From a bacterium (GTDB lineage Bacteria; Zhuqueibacterota; Zhuqueibacteria; Oceanimicrobiales; Oceanimicrobiaceae), in NCBI GenBank assembly GCA_046757025.1, contig JBHHXN010000162.1, positions 1 to 11,704 of the forward strand: a DNA stretch of 11,704 nt, in the 5' to 3' direction. A program made the position numbers and the translations under genes. Positions 5,015 to 11,704 of this stretch are shown here, piece by piece. Under the pieces are notes generated by a model. That model was not told the DNA's origin. It did not search any database and was given only the letters and a program-made list of their open reading frames with translations. Position 1 is the first letter of the stretch; each line of letters begins with the position of its first letter.

Positions 5015-6742
5015 CTACTTCATGCGTTTGATGTTCAATTTGAGCATGCGCGACTCCAGTGTGGTGGGTTTCATTCCCAGAATTTCCGCGGCTCCGCGTT
5101 TTCCTCGCACACGCCAGTTGGTAAGCTCCAGCGCCTGCAGAATATGCTGCCGCTCATGCTCTTCCAGCGTGGTGAAGGGGGAGTCATCAGCCAGAGCCAG
5201 AGGTTTCTGCAGCCAGTCACCCAGTTGTAATTGTGTGCCGCTGCTGATAATCACCGCTCGCTCAACGATGTTTTCCAGCTCCCGCACATTGCCCGGCCAG
5301 GGGTAAGCGGTGAGCGATTGCATCACCTTTTCTGGAATCGTGCCGATGTTTTTGCCGGTTTTGGCGTTAAACTTCTTCAGAAAATGGTGCACCAGCAGCG
5401 GAATGTCTTCTTTTCTCTCCCGTAGCGGCGGACATTCAATGGGAAACACGTTGAGCCGATAATAGAGATCTTGACGAAAATCGCCTTTGAGGGCCGCTTT
5501 GGCGAGATCGCGATTGGTAGCCGCGATGATCCGAACGTCCACTCGCAAAGTTTTCGCGCTGCCCAGTCGTTCAAATTCGCCTTCCTGCAGCATTCGCAGC
5601 AATTTACCTTGCAAATCCAGAGGCAGGTCGCCGATCTCATCCAGAAAAAGAGTACCGCCATCCGCCAGCTCGAAGCGGCCAATCTTGCGGGCGATGGCGC
5701 CGGTGAACGCCCCCTTTTCATGGCCAAACAGCTCGCTTTCAATTAAATTGGCCGGCAGTGCCGCGCAATTGACTTTAACCAGAGGACGCTCATTTCGGGA
5801 GCTGATGTGGTGAATCGCTCGCGCCAGCAGCTCTTTGCCGGTGCCGGTTTCTCCCAGAAGCAATACCGTGGCATCGGTTTTCGCCACCTGTTCGATTTTT
5901 TTCAACACCTCGTTAAACTTTTCACCCCGGCTCACGATTTCATCAAAATTGTGCTCCACTTTTATCTCTTCCTGCAGGTAGATGTTTTCGGCTTGCAAAC
6001 GATTCTTCAACTGCTCTACCTCGGAAAGAGCCGTGCGTAAGGCTGCTTCCGCCTTCTTGCGCTGGGTGATGTCGCTGGCGTAAAGATTCACATAATCATG
6101 TGCAGCAAATGGCGCGAGTAAAACTGCAAAATAGCGGCGGCCACAGATGACCTCCATTTCCTGGTTTTGCTGCTTCTCAAACACGGCATTTATCACAGGG
6201 CGCAAGTCATCCGGCAAAGACTGTCCTACTTTACACCGCCAGGTTTTAAGCAGCGGTTCGCTGCCGTCATTGGCATAGATGATTTCACCTTCTCGGTTGA
6301 TGCGAAGAATTGGATTTGGATTCTCAGCAGGAAATCGCGCCAGATCAGCTATTTGTGTGGCCGCCCGGCGTCGCTCCGAAATATCGTGCGCAAAGATGCA
6401 GCTGAACCCTTGATTCTCAAACTCAATGTAGTTGGCAGAGATCTCCACCGGCAATATGTCCCCGGCTTTCGTCACAAAGCGCGACTCATACGTCATGGCC
6501 TGTTGTTTTTGCAGACGCTGCCAGTATTTTTGCCAGCTCTCATTCTCTCTGTCCGGCTCAATTTCATGAAGGTGCATGGTCAGAAATTCGTCGCCGGTGT
6601 AGTGGAGCGTGGTACAGGCGGCTTCGTTAAAACGCACGATCAGCCCGTTTTCATCCACCCAGAATATGATGTCTTTGACGTTTTCAATGGTGAAATCGGC
6701 AAATCTCAACGCCTTGACCGCCAGGTCTTTCAAGCTGGTCAT
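5015..6742 (-). CDS. Sigma54-dependent transcriptional activator (two PAS domains, AAA+ domain, Fis-type HTH; FhlA-like), 575 aa
   Basis: Walker [24 protein letters not shown], Walker [33 protein letters not shown]-terminal [18 protein letters not shown]-terminal PAS-like segments ending DISERR and DITQRK; coiled coil before the AAA+ domain; no receiver domain. Confidence 0.97.
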   Translation of the reverse strand: MTSLKDLAVKALRFADFTIENVKDIIFWVDENGLIVRFNEAACTTLHYTGDEFLTMHLHEIEPDRENESWQKYWQRLQKQQAMTYESRFVTKAGDILPVEISANYIEFENQGFSCIFAHDISERRRAATQIADLARFPAENPNPILRINREGEIIYANDGSEPLLKTWRCKVGQSLPDDLRPVINAVFEKQQNQEMEVICGRRYFAVLLAPFAAHDYVNLYASDITQRKKAEAALRTALSEVEQLKNRLQAENIYLQEEIKVEHNFDEIVSRGEKFNEVLKKIEQVAKTDATVLLLGETGTGKELLARAIHHISSRNERPLVKVNCAALPANLIESELFGHEKGAFTGAIARKIGRFELADGGTLFLDEIGDLPLDLQGKLLRMLQEGEFERLGSAKTLRVDVRIIAATNRDLAKAALKGDFRQDLYYRLNVFPIECPPLRERKEDIPLLVHHFLKKFNAKTGKNIGTIPEKVMQSLTAYPWPGNVRELENIVERAVIISSGTQLQLGDWLQKPLALADDSPFTTLEEHERQHILQALELTNWRVRGKRGAAEILGMKPTTLESRMLKLNIKRMK

Positions 6743-6780
6743 TTAAAGTTTTTCACTTTCGTTTTGTCCAAAATGTTGGC

Positions 6781-9255
6781 CTACGTGATCTTTACCAGTA
6801 CCATGGTCATGTCATCTTGCTGCGGTGCCCGCGCCATGAATTTCCGCACATGAGCAAACATAAGCTCCAGATGTTCCTGTGCTGAGCCGCAGGAATTCTC
6901 TGGCATTTTTTCCAGAAGTCGCTGTTCTCCAAACTCTTCTTTGTTTTTGTTCATGGCCTCAGTAAAACCGTCCGTGTAAAAAACAAACAGATCCCCGCTA
7001 TTGAAGGGCACCACCTGTTCTTTGATGGATTGCGCAAAAATCTTCCCTTTTTCCAGTCCCAGGGCAATGCCCGCCGCGTTCAGATATTCGGCCTGCTGGG
7101 ACTGGTGGCGTTTAATTATCAGAGGATTATGCCCGGCGCGCGCCATTGTTAAGGTTTTGGCGTCGGCGTCAAAAAGGCCGTAAATCATGGAGATGAAAGG
7201 CCCACGCTCCACATTTTCATAAAATAAATTATTGATCTTAATCAGCAACTGCGCGGGCGACGGAAAGGAGGCCGCCAGCGCTTTTAAAAAGCCTTTGGTC
7301 AAAGTCATGTAAAAAGCGGCCTGGGTGCCTTTTCCCGAAACATCTCCTACCACGACGCCGAGTTTGTTTTTTCCCAATGTTAGAAAATCAAAATAATCGC
7401 CACCCACCTCATTGGCCGGCAGGCATTTGGACGCGATTTCCAGTCCGGGCATTTGGGGATTTTGAGCCGGTAAGAACGACATTTGCACTTCGCGCGCCAC
7501 AGCCAATTCCCCCTGTAGTCGCTGCCGTTCGGTGATGTGTCGAACAAACACCGGTGAAATGGTATCGAAATCTCGGATGTGATCCTTTGTAAAAAGCGCA
7601 ACCAGGGCATAAACCACAACCGCCAGCATGGAAAAAACAATCAACTTGCCGGAGGACAACATTTCGGGGCTCTGCATATAAAATAACGCGGCTGCACTAT
7701 TCCAGACTTTGAAAGTGAATAATGCGATAAAGGTGGTTAAAAAATCATAGCGTAAAAACGACCCCATGATCAGGAGTCCGATGAGACTATCGATCAGCAG
7801 CTCCACCGACCACGGTTCGATGTGCCCCTGTGCAGAAAGTCCCCAGATGATCGCCGGCACGACCAGCACCCACGCCCCGGAAGAAAACCGTCGTTTTAAC
7901 AATGAACCCGCAAAAAGCAAAAAAACCGCTGCGCGGAAAATATTGTGCGTGATGCCTTTATTTAAAATATACAGCGCCGGGTGCTTGCCCATCAAAAAGT
8001 TGTTCTCTTCAAAAGGCAAAACATGCAAAGAAAACATTTTTTCAGTTAAAAAAGTCAAGCCCAACCAGGCCGTTAAAAAAAGCAGCCCCAGGCTGATTCC
8101 CCGTAAAATATTTTCGGCGATTTTCGAATGCAGGAAATGGCCGTTGCGCAACAAATCCAGGCTGATGAATTTCTCTTTCCAGACTTCTCGGCCCACGGAT
8201 TCGCTCACTACCCAAATGATCCAGAGAGCAAAGCCAATGAAAATCGGTCCAAAAATCAAAGTAAAAAATATTTCCCAGCCCATGTCGGTTTGGGTTATCA
8301 TAGAGATTTCGATGCCATAGCTAAGAGCGGCAATAATCGCCATAAAAATCGCCATCTGGTAGCCGATCTCGTACGCACGAAATCTTTTGATTCCGATCAA
8401 AATAAACAAGAAAATAAACGCTAAAATCATGACGCCTTCGATGACCGTGGGTATCGCATCGTTCGCGGAAAGGGCGATTTCATCCGGCAATTGATAATGG
8501 ACTTGAAAGCTTGAGATTTTATCCTTGTTCACATTCACGGTAACCTTGACTTTGTTTTCAAGGTCGGAATCCAGGGTGGAGTAGGAAAATTGATAATCTC
8601 GTGACGTGGCACCTGCTGGATGGCTTTCCGCAGCAGGCGGCGGCTGTGGAGGGATTTGCACGTTCAGAGTGACCTTTTCTTCTTTATGAGAAGTGGTTTC
8701 CACCAGGGTATCGAGCTGCAGATTTTTGAATGCAGAATATTTGGCAATAAAATCGTTTGCGAGCTGGTTGGCCACGGTTTTGGGGACTGTGGGTAAATTG
8801 AGTGAGTCCGAGTGCTGCGCATCGAAAGCCAGTAAATGGCCCCAAAGATTCATTTTTATGGAAACGTCGCCTGGACGCCAGGCCAAAGGCGTCACGGGCG
8901 CTTGTTGTGATCGCGAACTGTTGGTCTTTTCGGTTCCGGACCATTCCATTTGCCAGTAGTATACCGGCAATCGTTCCCGAATCAATTGATTGCTGCGCTC
9001 AACGCCAAATTTATTCTGCGCCTGACGCATGAGAGTTTCGTTCACATGGAAAGTCATTCTCAGCTTCAGATCGTCGGTGTGGAGGTTCAGATCATGCAGC
9101 ATTTGCCGGGCATTTGCTGCGATTTTCTTTCTATCGAAAACTTGCCGGATGCTGCTCAACGGTTGAATTTTTGGATAGAGCTGCAAGATGACGACGCTTG
9201 CCAGTGCGCTCACGATGATAAAAAACGATAAAAGCCGGAAGCGACGCATTTTCAT
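6781..9255 (-). CDS. Multi-pass membrane SpoIIE/RsbU-family PP2C serine phosphatase with extracytoplasmic N-terminal domain, 824 aa
   Basis: C-terminal ELAVAREVQMSFLP, EVGGDYFD, VVGDVSGKG, ARAGHNP, FYTDGFTE and QQDDMT motifs; N-terminal signal anchor, about 240-aa soluble region, then numerous hydrophobic helices. Confidence 0.93.
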   Translation of the reverse strand: MKMRRFRLLSFFIIVSALASVVILQLYPKIQPLSSIRQVFDRKKIAANARQMLHDLNLHTDDLKLRMTFHVNETLMRQAQNKFGVERSNQLIRERLPVYYWQMEWSGTEKTNSSRSQQAPVTPLAWRPGDVSIKMNLWGHLLAFDAQHSDSLNLPTVPKTVANQLANDFIAKYSAFKNLQLDTLVETTSHKEEKVTLNVQIPPQPPPAAESHPAGATSRDYQFSYSTLDSDLENKVKVTVNVNKDKISSFQVHYQLPDEIALSANDAIPTVIEGVMILAFIFLFILIGIKRFRAYEIGYQMAIFMAIIAALSYGIEISMITQTDMGWEIFFTLIFGPIFIGFALWIIWVVSESVGREVWKEKFISLDLLRNGHFLHSKIAENILRGISLGLLFLTAWLGLTFLTEKMFSLHVLPFEENNFLMGKHPALYILNKGITHNIFRAAVFLLFAGSLLKRRFSSGAWVLVVPAIIWGLSAQGHIEPWSVELLIDSLIGLLIMGSFLRYDFLTTFIALFTFKVWNSAAALFYMQSPEMLSSGKLIVFSMLAVVVYALVALFTKDHIRDFDTISPVFVRHITERQRLQGELAVAREVQMSFLPAQNPQMPGLEIASKCLPANEVGGDYFDFLTLGKNKLGVVVGDVSGKGTQAAFYMTLTKGFLKALAASFPSPAQLLIKINNLFYENVERGPFISMIYGLFDADAKTLTMARAGHNPLIIKRHQSQQAEYLNAAGIALGLEKGKIFAQSIKEQVVPFNSGDLFVFYTDGFTEAMNKNKEEFGEQRLLEKMPENSCGSAQEHLELMFAHVRKFMARAPQQDDMTMVLVKIT

Positions 9256-9319
9256 TTTCTCACAGATAAGTACGATTTACTGAGAATGACTTCTCAAATC
9301 TCCGGTGCACGATTGCAAC

Positions 9320-9348
9320 AATTTGTTAAATTTAGTTTAGGATGTCAA
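9320..9348 (-). promoter_or_regulatory. Candidate sigma70 promoter for the phosphatase/activator operon
   Basis: Minus strand TTGACA (9348-9343), 17-nt spacer, CAAATT (9325-9320): perfect -35, weak -10. Confidence 0.45.
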
Positions 9349-9395
9349 GGGAAAAATGCCTCTGGCTCTTTTGGGCCGGAGTGCGTTTGGCGCTA

Positions 9396-9409
9396 ACCAA
9401 TCGATTGGT
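9396..9409. promoter_or_regulatory. Perfect 14-bp palindrome ACCAATCGATTGGT, LacI-family operator-like
   Basis: Central AAnCGnTT symmetry typical of LacI/GalR operators; a second imperfect CAATCGTTT lies at 9414-9422. Confidence 0.4.
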
Positions 9410-9574
9410 ATTTCAATCGTTTAAATTTAAAGTATGAAGGACCAGTTGAAAATCTGTTTTGATGGATTTAAAATGGGTAATCATCGTTTTACTCCGCTCA
9501 GTATAAAGATATATGGAAAAATGGACGTAATCAACAGAGTCATTCATATTTAAACTAAATTTGTTAAAAAAATA

Positions 9575-9653
9575 GACAACCTTTTTTTACAAGTAGTGTC
9601 TTAATTAGTAAAATGATCACGCAGACTGTAACAAAAAGACTTGATCAGCGTTA
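9575..9653 (+). promoter_or_regulatory. Two tandem ECF-sigma-like promoter motifs upstream of the DUF5916 gene
   Basis: GACAAC-N16-TGTCT (9575-9601) and TGTAAC-N16-CGTTA (9627-9653), fitting the general ECF AAC-N16/17-CGT pattern. Confidence 0.45.
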
Positions 9654-9745
9654 TAGATTAACAACTTAACCATGTCGAACATTTAACCAATCCGTACCGA
9701 TTCATTTACTACATTTTTTTTTAGAAGAGAATTCGAGGTATTAAT

Positions 9746-11704
9746 ATGAAACCATTAATATTTTTATTCGGTGTAGTATTCCTTTTTGTCGTTGCCAACC
9801 TTTTTGCCTCTGAGCCTTCCACTGAAACAAAAATCTATGAAGCAAAACGAGTCAATCCGCATCCGCCGGAGATCGACGGCCGGCTCAATGATGCAGCCTG
9901 GACGAAGGCAGAATGGACAGGCAATTTCACGCAAAGGGAACCGGACGACGGCGCCGCCCCGTCCCAAAAAACCGCTTTCAAAGTCCTGTTCGATGGCCAC
10001 AATCTGTACATCGGAATTCGAGCTTATGACAGCGAACCGGCCAAAATCGAAAAGCGCGTCACCCGGCGGGACCGGTTTGAAGGTGATTGGGTGGAAGTCA
10101 ACATCGACAGTTATTTCGACCATCGCACCGCTTTTTCTTTCACCGTGAACGCCGCCGGCGTAAAAGGCGACGAAGCCATTTCAAACGACGGTGACAATTG
10201 GGACAGCAACTGGAATCCGGTCTGGTTTGTGGAGGTGAACAGCGACGACCAGGGCTGGACCGCCGAGATGCGGATTCCCTTCAGTCAACTGCGCTTTGCC
10301 AACAAAAAAGATCAGGTGTGGGGACTGCAGGTACAGCGCCGGGTGTTTCGCAAAGAAGAGCGTTCGGTGTGGCAGTACATTCCGCAGAATTCCGGCGGCT
10401 GGGTGAGCTATTTCGGTGAGCTGCACGGCATCAAAGGCATCAAACCTTCCCGGCGAATAGAACTGTTGCCCTATGGCGTCAGCGATTTGCGTCGCACACC
10501 CAGGGAAGAAGGCAATCCTTTCGCCACGGGAAAGGAAAATAATTTTTCCGGGGGCTTTGACGCCAAATTCGGTGTGAGCAGCGATCTCACTCTGGATGTT
10601 TCGGTGAACCCTGATTTTGGTCAGGTGGAGGCCGACCCCTCCGAAGTCAACCTCACCGCATTTGAAACTTTTTTTCCTGAAAAGCGGCCGTTTTTCATCG
10701 AGGGCCAGAATATTCTGGATTACCGCATCATGACCGGGGATGGCGGATTTGCAAACGACCGCCTATTTTACTCCCGGCGCATCGGCCGTTCGCCACAACA
10801 TTCGCCCGACCTCCATGACGATGAATACGTGCAAACGCCGGACAACACTTCCATTCTCACCGCCATGAAATTGACCGGCAAAACCCAAAACGGGCTTTCC
10901 ATCGGCATTCTGGATGCGGTAACCGAAAAAGAAACCGCGCACATCGATTTGAATGGCGAGCGCCGGTTGCAAACCGTGGAACCTCTCACCAATTATTTCG
11001 TGGGCCGCGTACAAAAAGATTATGACGAAGGCAACACGGCCATCGGCGGCATTTTAACCGCCACGCACCGCAATCTTTCCGAATCGCAGCTCAAGTTTTT
11101 GAACAGCTCAGCGTACTCGGGCGGAATAGATTTCAGGCATCAATGGAATGAAAAAACCTACTATTTAGATGTGCGCACCGCCTTTAGCCATGTCAGGGGC
11201 AGTCAGCAGGCCCTGCTGGATGCGCAAACCGCTTCGCAACGCTACTATCAGCGGCCGGATGCGGATTATGTCGAAGTGGATTCGGCGCGCACGTCGCTAT
11301 CCGGTCACGGTGGTTTCATCAACGTCGGTCGCGGCGGCAACAGCCGTTTGCGGCTCAGCAGTGGTTTCATGTGGCGCTCGCCAGGCCTGGAGCTCAACGA
11401 TCTCGGCTTTCTACGGCAGGCCGACCGCCTGATGCAGTGGACCTGGGCCGGCTACCGCTGGAACAAACCCTTTGCGATTTTCCGCAGCCTGCGGGCAAAT
11501 TTTAATCAGTGGACGGGTTGGAATTTTGGCGGAGAAAAAGTCTTCGCCGGCGGCAATATGAACGGCGGCGGACAGTTTAAAAACTACTGGTGGTTCTGGA
11601 TGGGATTTAATCGCAACGCCGCCAGCCTCTCCACCAGCGCCTTGCGCGGCGGGCCGGCCATGAAATTCCCCGGCAGTTGGAACCAGTGGTTTAATATGTC
11701 TACC
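9746..11704 (+). CDS. Secreted/outer-membrane protein with N-terminal CBM9-like sugar-binding domain and DUF5916 region (3' end outside the window)
   Basis: SD GAGGT (9735-9739), ATG 9746; signal peptide MKPLIFLFGVVFLFVVANLFA; PEIDGRLNDAAW, WTAEMRIPFSQLRF and VNPDFGQVEADPSEVNLTAFETFFPEKRPFFIEG motifs; still in frame at the window end (LRGGPAMKFPGSWNQWFNMST, 653 codons). Absent from the ORF track because no stop falls in the window. Confidence 0.92.
   Translation, partial: MKPLIFLFGVVFLFVVANLFASEPSTETKIYEAKRVNPHPPEIDGRLNDAAWTKAEWTGNFTQREPDDGAAPSQKTAFKVLFDGHNLYIGIRAYDSEPAKIEKRVTRRDRFEGDWVEVNIDSYFDHRTAFSFTVNAAGVKGDEAISNDGDNWDSNWNPVWFVEVNSDDQGWTAEMRIPFSQLRFANKKDQVWGLQVQRRVFRKEERSVWQYIPQNSGGWVSYFGELHGIKGIKPSRRIELLPYGVSDLRRTPREEGNPFATGKENNFSGGFDAKFGVSSDLTLDVSVNPDFGQVEADPSEVNLTAFETFFPEKRPFFIEGQNILDYRIMTGDGGFANDRLFYSRRIGRSPQHSPDLHDDEYVQTPDNTSILTAMKLTGKTQNGLSIGILDAVTEKETAHIDLNGERRLQTVEPLTNYFVGRVQKDYDEGNTAIGGILTATHRNLSESQLKFLNSSAYSGGIDFRHQWNEKTYYLDVRTAFSHVRGSQQALLDAQTASQRYYQRPDADYVEVDSARTSLSGHGGFINVGRGGNSRLRLSSGFMWRSPGLELNDLGFLRQADRLMQWTWAGYRWNKPFAIFRSLRANFNQWTGWNFGGEKVFAGGNMNGGGQFKNYWWFWMGFNRNAASLSTSALRGGPAMKFPGSWNQWFNMST

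Noticed and set aside
3989..9231. Other-frame and antisense ORFs over tonB, the activator and the phosphatase (e.g. 4235-4582, 6167-6853, 7766-8320)
   Set aside because: Shadows of strongly supported minus-strand genes; no motifs.
9303..9317. CGGTGCACGATTGCA as a sigma54 promoter
   Set aside because: GG-to-GC spacing is 9 rather than 10, and it lies far from the + strand gene.
9764..11432. Short ORF-track calls in 9764-11432
   Set aside because: All are off-frame or antisense to the continuous 9746-11704 DUF5916 reading frame.

Overview
Bacterial chromosomal window with three blocks; no rRNA, tRNA, CRISPR array or transposase is visible. (1) 95-3717, + strand: several small ORFs (a 39-aa Lys-rich peptide, a 48-aa single-TM peptide), a membrane fatty-acid desaturase with a QxxHH third box, a CxxH-x17-CxxC putative zinc-ribbon protein, a 104-aa hypothetical, a cryptic C-terminal remnant of a SpoIIE/PP2C phosphatase, the KH-domain protein KhpA and a single-RRM RNA-binding protein behind a structured leader. 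I infer a cold/stress-acclimation cluster joining membrane fluidity and RNA-binding functions. (2) 3982-9255, - strand: a multi-TM SpoIIE/PP2C phosphatase, a double-PAS sigma54 enhancer-binding protein, and an orphan TonB-family gene preceded by a near-consensus sigma54 -24/-12 element and a perfect 20-bp palindrome at enhancer distance. (3) 9746 to the window end, + strand: a secreted CBM9-like/DUF5916 protein missed by the ORF track because it runs off the edge; the divergent intergenic region holds ECF-like promoter motifs and a LacI-like palindrome. All family calls come from motif recognition by eye, not database searches.
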